A stretch of 64,000 bases of DNA from a virus: positions 41,157 through 105,156 of IMG/VR virus record IMGVR_UViG_3300017987_000005; one strand, given 5' to 3'. Of the stretch, positions 1 to 8,783 are shown in pieces. Position numbers and translations under genes: made by a program. The first letter of the stretch is position 1; each line of letters begins with the position of its first letter. A model generated the notes under the pieces. That model was not told the origin of the DNA and ran no database searches. It worked only from the letters and a program-made list of their open reading frames with translations.

Positions 1-374
1 TTCTTAATCTTTGTGCGCTCATCCTCATTCGTGAAATAATCGACAAGTATCTTATGGGGATTCCCGTAACTCTTTCTGAATATAATTAAAATCCCCCCTC
101 TTTTTCCTCCGCCGTCTCGATAATCAACGATTATCATATCTCCATGAACAAGTCCCGGCACAAGATTCTTTGTTGTGAATGATTTCTTGTTATACCCAAA
201 ACGCTTCTCGTACATTGGATTACGAAGAAGACGGTCAATCTTCGCACACACATTCCGTCGTATCCGCCGCTTAAACGTATGCGCAGCATGTTCCCCCGAG
301 TCAGAGTTCTTCAGTACAACACTGACGACAGCTTTAGCTGAGCGCATAAAAGCTTTGAGAACAGTATCGCTCAC
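1..374 (-). CDS. hypothetical protein, partial (runs off left edge)
   Basis: GTG at 372-374 overlaps the TGA of 371..871; my translation MSDTVLKAFMRSAK... stays open to position 1. Confidence 0.6.
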   Translation of the reverse strand, partial: MSDTVLKAFMRSAKAVVSVVLKNSDSGEHAAHTFKRRIRRNVCAKIDRLLRNPMYEKRFGYNKKSFTTKNLVPGLVHGDMIIVDYRDGGGKRGGILIIFRKSYGNPHKILVDYFTNEDERTKIK

Positions 375-871
375 GATTTACCTTTCCCCATAATGTCAAG
401 AAGTTTCTGTAAATTATCCGCATGCTGTAACAGCTTATCCAATACTTTTTTAACTGGGCTGACGTCCACTTTCATGTCGTGCTCCCCGATAAACTCCAGG
501 GCGAGCTTGCACGAAGAAAATGTTATCTGATATTCGTTGTCATCATAATGGAAGTATATCTCTTCTTCGCGATTCAAATAAAATCCGCCATGATGCATCC
601 CGTCATAAATGAGGTCAAAAAACGGGTCAAGCGATTCGTTGTCTTTGGGGTCAAGTACGAGGCATCCTTCTGCATGACCCTCGCGCAAAACCCACTCTAC
701 GCATCCAACAAACTCATCAAGAAATAACGCAGTCGCAGCCTCCTCTACTTCGGGGCTCATTTTCATTGCTTCGTCCCAGTACGGGCGAGCGAGGCCGTTT
801 GCTTTATCGTTCAACTCCTGCTGCTTCTTTCGAAGCTCCTTATATCTATCTCGTAAAGCAGACATAATCAC
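371..871 (-). CDS. hypothetical phage protein
   Basis: 166-aa ORF, SD GGAGAG upstream, tightly packed operon. Confidence 0.75.
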   Translation of the reverse strand: MIMSALRDRYKELRKKQQELNDKANGLARPYWDEAMKMSPEVEEAATALFLDEFVGCVEWVLREGHAEGCLVLDPKDNESLDPFFDLIYDGMHHGGFYLNREEEIYFHYDDNEYQITFSSCKLALEFIGEHDMKVDVSPVKKVLDKLLQHADNLQKLLDIMGKGKS

Positions 872-875
872 TCTC

Positions 876-1361
876 CTAAACTATATGGACGTCTTCGCTA
901 CCGTCAGATTTTTTGATTGTGATTTTTGCAAGTGGCGTGTTGTCCTTCGGAGGCCCGTCCTCTTTTGGCTCAATGACGGCTCCGGTCTCGGGATACTCTC
1001 CTCCGAGGGTATACTCAAGTTCCGGTCCATCAAATTCCCCGTACGCCATCCCATCCTGATACATTGCTCGCAAAATAGACAGCCACGGCTCCTGGACATA
1101 ATAATAAAACTGGTTCTCATGACGTCCGAGACTCCCGTCAGGATGACGGAGCAGAACAAGGTCAGTACCGAACGCTCCGGCTTTCTTCCTTACTTGGCAG
1201 ACATATCCGACATACATACTCCACCCGCGCTCTCCATGATGATTCCCATGCTGTAACGCGGTTATAACATATCGTCCCGGCTCGGGGTGAGTACTAAGAC
1301 CCACTCCGAACTCAGGGTCTTTTGAGTCAATAATCTTCTTAAGAACTTTTTCGTCCATCAC
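876..1361 (-). CDS. hypothetical phage protein
   Basis: 161-aa ORF, SD AGGAGAG, overlaps upstream gene. Confidence 0.75.
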   Translation of the reverse strand: MMDEKVLKKIIDSKDPEFGVGLSTHPEPGRYVITALQHGNHHGERGWSMYVGYVCQVRKKAGAFGTDLVLLRHPDGSLGRHENQFYYYVQEPWLSILRAMYQDGMAYGEFDGPELEYTLGGEYPETGAVIEPKEDGPPKDNTPLAKITIKKSDGSEDVHIV

Positions 1362-1872
1362 ACTCTCCTAATCCGTTATTAAACCACTTCCCCGATGAAG
1401 GTATCATCCGAGATGCTAATGAATACATAAATACTCTAACTTGTTCGTCAGCTTCTTCTTTTGTACTTGTTCCGAATATTGTCATATTATAACTGCCCCA
1501 CTTTACGCTTTTCAGAAATATCCTAAATACGCAGATGGCATATCCGTCGTGCGGGTCACTGACATACTCTTCCTTCTCATAGTACGGGCATATCACTGCT
1601 ATGCGAAGAATCCCCTGACAAAGGTCAATCTCCTTTATGGAATCAGCTCCGACTACAGCGTGCCCCTCCTCAAGCTCATTATATAACGCGCTAGCCAACT
1701 CGGTCTTCAAGATAGTCTCTATCTTGTCAATTATCCTGAATCCGTGTTCAAGCGCATTATCATCGAGACCGTAAATCGCTTCCTCGATAGCAAATGCTAT
1801 CGATGTCTCAATCTCTCCGAATAAGTCCGAATCCAGGGGTCGCATCCTGCTTCTCCAATTTTCCATTATCAT
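1339..1872 (-). CDS. WFNN-tag protein
   Basis: ends ...GKWFNNGLGECDGRKSS; true start uncertain because of overlap with upstream ORF. Confidence 0.7.
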   Translation of the reverse strand: MIMENWRSRMRPLDSDLFGEIETSIAFAIEEAIYGLDDNALEHGFRIIDKIETILKTELASALYNELEEGHAVVGADSIKEIDLCQGILRIAVICPYYEKEEYVSDPHDGYAICVFRIFLKSVKWGSYNMTIFGTSTKEEADEQVRVFMYSLASRMIPSSGKWFNNGLGECDGRKSS

Positions 1873-2221
1873 ACCATCGCGCTTCCGGCGCGACCATGTT
1901 CTTCAACGACACGTGCGAAATAATATACTTTTTATCAACTCTCCATCTGAATCCGATTCCCGGATTCGTAATCATAACTTTCACATGCGCATCATAAAAT
2001 TCCTCATGCCACTGCGTGCTCGGATACACTATCTGTACTTTAACTGCAACGTGGCACTCGTTCTCAATAACGGGAACTTCACTCAAACGCTTCTCAATGT
2101 GCTTCTTCAGGTTATACTCAGGCTGCTCGTCAGCCCAAACAAAATCCGATAGCTTATCAAATGAAATCTCGTCAAGAATTCGATTCACGTTAGTTTGTAC
2201 TACATCGCTCCAACTCATCAA
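1808..2221 (-). CDS. WFNN-tag protein (WYDN variant)
   Basis: ends ...ARWYDNGKLEK... Confidence 0.7.
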   Translation of the reverse strand: MMSWSDVVQTNVNRILDEISFDKLSDFVWADEQPEYNLKKHIEKRLSEVPVIENECHVAVKVQIVYPSTQWHEEFYDAHVKVMITNPGIGFRWRVDKKYIISHVSLKNMVAPEARWYDNGKLEKQDATPGFGLIRRD

Positions 2222-2583
2222 GAAACTCCGACTCCATTGTCAAACCACGCTCTGCTCATGTCGCATCTGGCAGGGTTATTCACGTCAACAAACGGCGCGG
2301 CACACTGATAGCACAACTCCGATGTCGGACTGTCAGGTCCTCCTCCGGCATAGGCGGACTTGCGAACATAATAATACTCTTCTCTCTTACGTATCTGTGC
2401 TCCACACGAATCGCAAAATTCCTCGTTATCAGATATCACTGGATTAACGATGAAGCTTGTGCGTAATCCAGAGGCGCGTCCGGCAGCAATCTTTTCAAAA
2501 GCCCTTACCGCCGTAGCAACTCTATCCCGGAAAGAAGAGCGTTTCGGGTGCTTTAGATATCGCTTCCACGCTTCTTTACGCAT
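2218..2583 (-). CDS. Zn-finger WFNN-tag protein
   Basis: CDSC...CYQC; ends WFDNGVGVS. Confidence 0.75.
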   Translation of the reverse strand: MRKEAWKRYLKHPKRSSFRDRVATAVRAFEKIAAGRASGLRTSFIVNPVISDNEEFCDSCGAQIRKREEYYYVRKSAYAGGGPDSPTSELCYQCAAPFVDVNNPARCDMSRAWFDNGVGVS

Positions 2584-2585
2584 AC

Positions 2586-2960
2586 TCAGTCCTTCTTATT
2601 ATTAAACCATCCGCGCGTACGAACACGTCCGCACGGAAACTCCATATTCAACTCGTACGTATCTCCAGCTTCCAACACTTGTATCGACACCTTCGCTCGT
2701 AACAGGTTGTTAGCAAGACTTTTCTCGGTGTTATTCCGGCGACTGCACTCAACTGTCCATCTATTAATCTTGTTTCTATTAAACAGCTCCCGACACCTCT
2801 CCTGAAGAATGGTGCGGTAATTCTGTATCGATACGATGTCCGCAGGTTCATATTCGAAATGCTTTCCGGCTTCCATGAACTCGTCCTGGAGATTCTCTAT
2901 AAAACTTTCCGCATCTATCTTGCGCGCTATCTTTTTACGCTTCGAAAACTTAGCCATCAC
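2586..2960 (-). CDS. WFNN-tag protein resembling tail-sheath C-terminal domain
   Basis: VECSRRNNTEKSLANNLLRAKVSIQ resembles the sheath motif V.CD..NNT...I..N.L.A...IQ; ends WFNNKKD. Confidence 0.6.
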   Translation of the reverse strand: MMAKFSKRKKIARKIDAESFIENLQDEFMEAGKHFEYEPADIVSIQNYRTILQERCRELFNRNKINRWTVECSRRNNTEKSLANNLLRAKVSIQVLEAGDTYELNMEFPCGRVRTRGWFNNKKD

Positions 2961-3208
2961 ATCTTCCCGTTATTAAACCACTTTTTCGGACCAGCATGAT
3001 ATTCTGAATAACAGCAATGACACACAACAACGGTGTGAACAATATCGCAATCAACGCGAGGATTGTATGTCGAGTTCTCAACTACGTGCAGCATTTCTCC
3101 GTAACCGATATTACCGGCGCACTTCTGACACGTCGAACCCTCCAAAGCTTCGCACACAATCGAGCTTCGGTCTGCATCCCTTAATAAATATCTGGTATAA
3201 CTGCTCAC
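2957..3208 (-). CDS. Zn-finger WFNN-tag protein
   Basis: CQKC...CHCC; ends WFNNGKM. Confidence 0.75.
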   Translation of the reverse strand: MSSYTRYLLRDADRSSIVCEALEGSTCQKCAGNIGYGEMLHVVENSTYNPRVDCDIVHTVVVCHCCYSEYHAGPKKWFNNGKM

Positions 3209-3756
3209 AAGCTCCTCCGGTTATTAAACCACGTCAAAGGAACGGGTACAACGAACGTCCCGTTCGGGCACTTAAGTCCAAAACGTACTGACTTATACTC
3301 ATCCGTCTCCGTCATCCCCTGGACGACAATCTTCAATACAAAATCTTCGCGAGCTTCCGTATATACGCGGAACTCGTCAATACTTATCCCATAGTATTTC
3401 GAGATAGACTTCTTTAGCGTCCTATCAAACTCAACTGAAGGGTTCTTCACTCCCGTAAACGCCATTCTGTCAAGTATGTCCTGATGCGCGTCGGCGGCTA
3501 ATTTATGCAGAGTGCTTATCAGCGTATCTGATTCAAGCATCTCCTTAAACATTTTCTTTATCGGTCCTCTTGACGCTGCTTTGGACTCTTCTCCGAGTAC
3601 GTCTTCGATAGCTGTCCACGATTCTCCCATGTACATATACATCGTATTAGTCGTAGCGTCGTAATGCAGGTCTCCCATGTTAGGCGACTTGGGAAAACTC
3701 CCGTCCCCATATCCGTACGACGGCCCTTCCTTAGACACACTCACAGCACTTCCCAT
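3205..3756 (-). CDS. WFNN-tag protein with tail-fibre-like PxxGDLHYD..MYMY.G.SW repeat
   Basis: start moved to ATG 3756 (MGSAVSV); ends WFNNRRSL. Confidence 0.65.
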   Translation of the reverse strand: MGSAVSVSKEGPSYGYGDGSFPKSPNMGDLHYDATTNTMYMYMGESWTAIEDVLGEESKAASRGPIKKMFKEMLESDTLISTLHKLAADAHQDILDRMAFTGVKNPSVEFDRTLKKSISKYYGISIDEFRVYTEAREDFVLKIVVQGMTETDEYKSVRFGLKCPNGTFVVPVPLTWFNNRRSL

Positions 3757-4180
3757 TGTTAAACCAATCCTTATTCGGTGCATGGTGATATCTGCGAAGG
3801 TAAATCCGCATCTCATCAGGCTTGTCCCCTATCTCGTTGTCATAGCAGTGTCGGCACAGGTACGCACAATCAGAATCCGTCTCAGCATCGCACTCCACTT
3901 TGACAGCAAACATGTCGGGCTTAAGCGCGTTTCCGCACAACATGCAGAACTCATCCTTCCGCATTACATGACTCTCAGTGTATACGCGGTAATCAGTCTC
4001 CTGCTTCTTATACTTCACTGCGCACAGCGTACAGACTATTTTTGAGCGGGAAGGCCCGCGTCTTTTCCCGATAATGTAAAATCCCGGCATATCACGAATC
4101 GGCACGAGACAATCCATGCACGTATACTGGTCATGGTCTTCTTCCATCCCTTTTGTCATAACGTATACTGGATGGTCCAT
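3731..4180 (-). CDS. double Zn-finger WFNN-tag protein
   Basis: CMDC..CTLC and CMLC..CRHC; ends WFNNGKCCECV. Confidence 0.75.
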   Translation of the reverse strand: MDHPVYVMTKGMEEDHDQYTCMDCLVPIRDMPGFYIIGKRRGPSRSKIVCTLCAVKYKKQETDYRVYTESHVMRKDEFCMLCGNALKPDMFAVKVECDAETDSDCAYLCRHCYDNEIGDKPDEMRIYLRRYHHAPNKDWFNNGKCCECV

Positions 4181-4605
4181 TATCGCTCACTCCTGTTATT
4201 AAACCACGCATTCGGAATAGCCGGCTCCACAGGCGGCTCGACTCTGAGATATTTAGCAGTGCACCATATGCATCTGAATCCGTCTCTCCGAAGGTCCTGC
4301 TTTCCTTTATACACGATGAACATATACTTCGGTGAATCCTCAAGCGGTATTACTTCTCCGCACGCTTGGCACGTCGGCTCTTCCTCAGACGTCCAGTCAG
4401 TCCGCGAAATAGTATACTGTCTGCTGGTCCCTTTATTGAACTCGTCTATCGCTTCACGTATCCGCTGCTGGAATACTTTCCACGGGTCAACAATACTCCA
4501 GGGGTCTCCTCCACAACGGCAGAAGTATCCCTCGTATGTCTGTTCCCCACACTCCGGGCACGGACGAAGCATTCTATCAGTCCCCATCACGCATCCCGTT
4601 ATCAA
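4180..4605 (-). CDS. Zn-finger WFNN-tag protein
   Basis: CPEC..CRC, CQAC..CIWC; ends WFNNRSER. Confidence 0.75.
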   Translation of the reverse strand: MITGCVMGTDRMLRPCPECGEQTYEGYFCRCGGDPWSIVDPWKVFQQRIREAIDEFNKGTSRQYTISRTDWTSEEEPTCQACGEVIPLEDSPKYMFIVYKGKQDLRRDGFRCIWCTAKYLRVEPPVEPAIPNAWFNNRSER

Positions 4606-4768
4606 ACCAAGCTCCCGAACACTTCCGGCGCTTCAGGTTCTCAGCATACACGATGAACTCGGTAAGGGCTTCCTCCCCCATCTCCTTACATTCGTGTATC
4701 GTCAGGTCATACTCAAAAGAAGCAAACGCTGACAATGCGTCGAAATTCACTTTTCGTTTCTTATTCAC
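4577..4768 (-). CDS. small WFNN-tag protein
   Basis: 63 aa, SD GGGAGAG; ends WFDNGMRDGD. Confidence 0.65.
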   Translation of the reverse strand: MNKKRKVNFDALSAFASFEYDLTIHECKEMGEEALTEFIVYAENLKRRKCSGAWFDNGMRDGD

Positions 4769-5193
4769 ACTGCTCTCCCATTATTAAACCAAAACATCTC
4801 CATCGGGACAAACTTAAATTCCCGAAGGACATATCTGCTCTTTCCAAACTCGTCTTTGAACGACACTTTCACAATGACTTTGTTATACAGGCGTCGTCCG
4901 CACATCGCATCATCAACAGCAAGAACAGTAAATCCCTCCGGCAGCGGAGGTCTAATCTCATTATTGAGCTTTATCTTCGCAAGGCTCCGATAACGCTTTG
5001 CATTATGAATCCATCTGTTCCTGCGGACATGTTTATTGACGCGTATCAGAGCAGCATCAATCTGCGCGTTCCAATCCTCATCCCGTACATACATCCCGGC
5101 ATCCATTATTAAACCACAACATCTTCTCCGGAACAAACTTGAACTTCCGTATGGCAAGTCGTCTGCTTCCGGCATCGTTCGTAAATCTGACAA
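4765..5193 (-). CDS. WFNN-tag protein, paralogue of 5078..5437
   Basis: ...REFKFVPMEMFWFNNGRAV; true start probably near 5100 (MDAG/MYVR). Confidence 0.65.
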   Translation of the reverse strand: MSDLRTMPEADDLPYGSSSLFRRRCCGLIMDAGMYVRDEDWNAQIDAALIRVNKHVRRNRWIHNAKRYRSLAKIKLNNEIRPPLPEGFTVLAVDDAMCGRRLYNKVIVKVSFKDEFGKSRYVLREFKFVPMEMFWFNNGRAV

Positions 5194-5410
5194 CTACGCT
5201 TACAGCAACATACGGGAAATCCGGAGTCGGCTGGATATCCGAGGTTTGTATGGTCGCGTCCCGGATACGCTCGGCATCAATAGTATCCCTCATCTCCTCC
5301 TTCACGAGATTCGCATACTCGAATGAGGCTTTCATACGCTTCTCCCGGCAGATGCGCTGATGCGCTCGGGTAATAGCGACATTAATCAGTGACAGCACGC
5401 TCTGGCTCAT
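5078..5410 (-). CDS. WFNN-tag protein, paralogue of 4765..5193
   Basis: ...RKFKFVPEKMLWFNNGC; start MSQSV at 5410 with SD GAGGAG. Confidence 0.7.
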   Translation of the reverse strand: MSQSVLSLINVAITRAHQRICREKRMKASFEYANLVKEEMRDTIDAERIRDATIQTSDIQPTPDFPYVAVSVVVRFTNDAGSRRLAIRKFKFVPEKMLWFNNGCRDVCTG

Positions 5411-5750
5411 CCCGCAACTCCTCACATCCATTATCAAACCAAGCTCCCGGAAAGTACGTCGGGTATAAATGGCGGTATATCACGCTCTCACTCTCATCGT
5501 TTTCCATGTACAGCAGCTCAACGCGAATATGCGGCTGAGGCACATTCTTGCTCTTGGTCATCTGGATACAGTCAACGCTCCATCCGTGGGGATAGTTCCA
5601 TCCCTTCACAAGCATGTTAATCATTGTCCGTATGGCTTTCTTATACGTCGTGGGGCGTCTTGACTCCCCCACACGTATCACCCACGCATGCGCTTGATTG
5701 ATAGCGTACTGCAACTGTCCGCGTATGGTTCCTCGTATCGTCATGTTCAC
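5382..5750 (-). CDS. WFNN-tag protein, first gene of operon
   Basis: SD GGAGAG, promoter directly upstream; ends WFDNGCEE... Confidence 0.75.
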   Translation of the reverse strand: MNMTIRGTIRGQLQYAINQAHAWVIRVGESRRPTTYKKAIRTMINMLVKGWNYPHGWSVDCIQMTKSKNVPQPHIRVELLYMENDESESVIYRHLYPTYFPGAWFDNGCEELRDEPERAVTD

Positions 5751-5769
5751 TCTCCGACTGTACGCTTAT

Positions 5770-5797
5770 ATTATAGCGTATAAAATACATTTGTCAA
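5770..5797 (-). promoter_or_regulatory. sigma70-type promoter of WFNN operon
   Basis: TTGACA-16-TATAAT. Confidence 0.8.
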
Positions 5798-6500
5798 GTA
5801 AAAAATGAGAAAACTTCCCATATCTTAATCTTAAAAAAGGAGACGCTCGCGATTTTAGGGCAAAATCACGTGTGCGCACAGGCGCGCGCGAAAATGGGAG
5901 GATTATGAGGGGGCAGACAGGGCAGAACAGGCATCCTGGCGCGCTGACCGGGACTGTACGGGGCTGAAAGGATGGTCGAAGGGGTAAGAGACGGCTGGAG
6001 CGGACACGGGCTTGACGGGGCAGTAAGAGGGCTGGCGTGATACAAGGGTGTTGCCGGCTCCTTTACGGAGTGATAAGAAGAGCTTTTCAGCGTGGGTGGT
6101 TCCCGGAATTTTTTGCCGGGTACGGGTGGGGGGTATTACCCCCTTTGGGACGGGCATTGGACGGGCATTGTTTCTTATGGGTTCTTATAGGGTAGTATGG
6201 GGGGACATGGGGGTGGTTGTAAGGTTCCCGACTTCTACGGCAGCATCCCCGCCGCCCTTGACAGCGTTACCTTTCGTTAAAAGCGTGATTTCACCCTTTT
6301 TGACCTCAGCCTATAGAGGTACGTGGAACGTAAAACGGGGGGTGGGGGTATCTCGGTTTTGAGGAAGCATTATTTTTTATTCTGCATTGCTTCCCCCCTT
6401 CTTCCCCTTCCCCTGCATACGGGGGGAAGGGGTTCCGGTGCGGGTTGTTTGGTTTTATCCTCTGATATTGTCCGGCGCTTCCCCCTGAATAATTACGGGG

Positions 6501-6767
6501 TCAAGTACAATCCGGCTTTCCCTGAAGGCTTCCCCCCGTTGCTGTCTGTAGTCTTTTGATATAGTCGGGTGAATGGCGGTCAAGGCTTTTCCGTATATGG
6601 TCGGCTTTGTCGATTTCTCCCGATACTGCAAGAGTGCAGGCGCGCGCGGTTAGTTCGTGATATTCTTCCATAGTGTACGGCTTGACAGGCTGATACAATC
6701 CCGATTTTTCGAGAGTGTCGGCAATTATTCCCATTGCTTCCGGCTTCGTGTAAGTGTCTTTTTTCAT
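6501..6767 (-). CDS. hypothetical early protein
   Basis: start MKKDTYT after leader AGGAGACAAGACAATG. Confidence 0.7.
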   Translation of the reverse strand: MKKDTYTKPEAMGIIADTLEKSGLYQPVKPYTMEEYHELTARACTLAVSGEIDKADHIRKSLDRHSPDYIKRLQTATGGSLQGKPDCT

Positions 6768-6843
6768 TGTCTTGTCTCCTGTTCCTGTAGTGAGAAGGAA
6801 AGAGGGGGGAAGGGGTTTTAATTCCCCTTCCCCCTTCTGCGGT

Positions 6844-7449
6844 TTATTTCTTTTCCGGCTTTTCTGACAGGCTTGTAAGTGCAAAGTGATTCCATGTCTT
6901 ACAATCCTGTGTGCAGGTGCTTTTCACGTTTGAAAAAAAGTACTTGGCGCAAGTATTCAGATTTCCGGCTTTGTTGTCGCTGTTCCTTCCCTTCCATCTG
7001 ATGACGGTTCCGGCTTTGAGTTTCTTTCCCAAAGTCTTTTTAATATAGTCGATAGCTTCCCCCCTGCGCTTTTTCGGGCTGTCGTATTCTGTGACATTCA
7101 TTTCCTGACAGGCTTTGAAGCTGTCAAGGGTTATACAGTGCTTTCCTTCTGTCTCACTGTCTGCAAGGTGTATTCCTCTGTTCTTGGCGCTTTTCCTGTA
7201 GCTACTCCCTTCCTGCTGATAAAGGTTATAGCTTTCCTGTACTTCGCTGGAAAATCCGGTTTTTGATTTCTTGGCTTTGTCTGCGGTCTGCTGTGCAAGG
7301 CTGATTCTTACGGCTTTGTCTTTTCCGGCTTTGGCTTTTTTGTCTGTCTTTTTCATTGTCTTGTCTCCTGTGTTAAAAGAAAAAATATTGTTAGTGGTTT
7401 CCGGCTCGGTTCCTTTTTCCGGCTCGGTTCTAAAGTCTCTTTTTTTCAT
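6844..7449 (-). CDS. Lys-rich early protein, paralogue of 10449..10937 (alternative start 7356)
   Basis: two in-frame ATGs, each behind a GGAGAYAAGACA leader; shares KRR..I.YI..LG...WxGRN.D.K.GN.N.CAKYFFSN.KS with its paralogue. Confidence 0.75.
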   Translation of the reverse strand: MKKRDFRTEPEKGTEPETTNNIFSFNTGDKTMKKTDKKAKAGKDKAVRISLAQQTADKAKKSKTGFSSEVQESYNLYQQEGSSYRKSAKNRGIHLADSETEGKHCITLDSFKACQEMNVTEYDSPKKRRGEAIDYIKKTLGKKLKAGTVIRWKGRNSDNKAGNLNTCAKYFFSNVKSTCTQDCKTWNHFALTSLSEKPEKK

Positions 7450-7702
7450 TGTCTTATCTCCTTGTCTATATATATTATGAAACGAAAAACGGCTTTTTTC
7501 CAACTATTCCAAAAAAACTTTGGCTTATAAAGTCTTTATTATCAATAGTTTATGAAGGTGATATATTTTATTTATAAGGTATGATTTTTCAATGGTTTAT
7601 GTCGGTTCCGATTTTCCGGGCAGGTTCCGGGCAGGTCACATGTGATTGAAAAATTTCGGAGCCCGAACATCCACCACCAACGCCACACCCATGCCGAGCG
7701 CA

Positions 7703-7830
7703 AATACACAAGACCGCCGCCACCAACCACAGCCGTACGCGAATACACATGCGCCACCACCGCCAAGGCCAAACCTCGCGCGAATACACATAGCCGTACC
7801 GCCCCGGCCCATCACGCTCACGAATACACA
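7703..7830. repeat. four AATACACA-core repeats with ~40-bp spacing
   Basis: cores at 7703, 7742, 7783, 7823 in non-coding DNA. Confidence 0.8.
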
Positions 7831-7865
7831 TAACCGACGGAGCAGGAGGTTAGTCCTGCCGCCGG

Positions 7866-8210
7866 CTACATGTTCCAAGTATTAACGTATGAGGAAAAGT
7901 CGCAATATATTGCATCCCAACAATATTTTTTATTGTCGTATATGGTGACTTCCCGAAAGTCTCTTTTTTTGTTCGTGACAGTGAGTATTAAAAGACAAGG
8001 TTTATACTCGCTGTCGGTCACTCCCTGCAATAAAAAATGTATCTCTTCCCCTTCCCCGTCTACTGCATCAATGGAATATATCTCCGTCCCGTCATGTGGC
8101 TTTGCGTCGTAAACTTGTTTTATTGTTAGAGTCACTCCCCTGTCTGTAATATCATTGACAATTCCCCCGAGTACTTCCCCGACGTCTTCCATTTTTCTCC
8201 TGTCTTCCAT
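7866..8210 (-). CDS. hypothetical early protein
   Basis: conserved leader AGGAGACAAGACAATG. Confidence 0.75.
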   Translation of the reverse strand: MEDRRKMEDVGEVLGGIVNDITDRGVTLTIKQVYDAKPHDGTEIYSIDAVDGEGEEIHFLLQGVTDSEYKPCLLILTVTNKKRDFREVTIYDNKKYCWDAIYCDFSSYVNTWNM

Positions 8211-8225
8211 TGTCTTGTCTCCTGT

Positions 8226-8510
8226 CTAAATCCAATAATCCGGCTTTGTGACTATGTCCTGCACATAGTCAAGAATTTTATTATAGTCTGAATCAGGAAC
8301 GGGCATTCCTGTATTTTCCTGTATAGGTTCCGTATAAAAATCCCCGATAAATCCCCCGTCCTCGCTGTCAATATCAAAGTATACAGGAACATCTATATTG
8401 ATTGAATCATCATTGACAGTATCAAAAGTCCATTCTACTATGTATTCTTGATAGTAAAATATCTCTATCGGTCTTCCCAAAGTTTTGATTGCTTCCGCTT
8501 CATTCCTCAT
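8226..8510 (-). CDS. hypothetical acidic early protein
   Basis: conserved leader, promoter upstream. Confidence 0.75.
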   Translation of the reverse strand: MRNEAEAIKTLGRPIEIFYYQEYIVEWTFDTVNDDSINIDVPVYFDIDSEDGGFIGDFYTEPIQENTGMPVPDSDYNKILDYVQDIVTKPDYWI

Positions 8511-8548
8511 TGTCTTGTCTCCTGTTAATGTCTTATTTGTATACTATT

Positions 8549-8577
8549 AGTATAGCATATAAAAGTGATAATGACAA
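8549..8577 (-). promoter_or_regulatory. sigma70-type promoter
   Basis: TTGTCA-17-TG.TATACT. Confidence 0.7.
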
Positions 8578-8751
8578 GCAGAAAATAAAAAAACTTCCCG
8601 CCCATCAGCTCACTCGTCTCTACCTCGTTGACTCACGCTGCCCGCGCCGACTGCAATCACGTGCAATGCCGACCACCGCCACGCTTACGCGTACACACTT
8701 ACACATCGCCTACCACAGCCACCTCGACCGCAGCCACTTACACATACAGAT

Positions 8752-8783
8752 AAAAAAGAGGCGAGGTTGTTACGCCTCGCCTC
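8752..8783 (-). terminator. intrinsic terminator
   Basis: GAGGCGAGG/CCTCGCCTC stem followed by U6 on minus strand. Confidence 0.8.

Noticed and set aside
1339-5750. Integron-like cassette array with attC sites
   Set aside because: Genes overlap or abut with no intergenic space, there are no GTTRRRY/RYYYAAC inverted cores, and the motif is in-frame coding sequence.
1339-5750. TGGTTTAAT read as an extended -10 promoter
   Set aside because: Most copies lack the second-position A or final T of TATAAT (TGGTTTAAC, TGGTTCAAC, TGGTTTGAC), and there are no -35 boxes, unlike the clear promoters elsewhere.
7700-7830. CRISPR-like periodic repeats
   Set aside because: The conserved core is only ~8-12 bp, there are four units, and no 23-47-bp identical repeat. 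The Cas4-like gene is solo with no cas operon.
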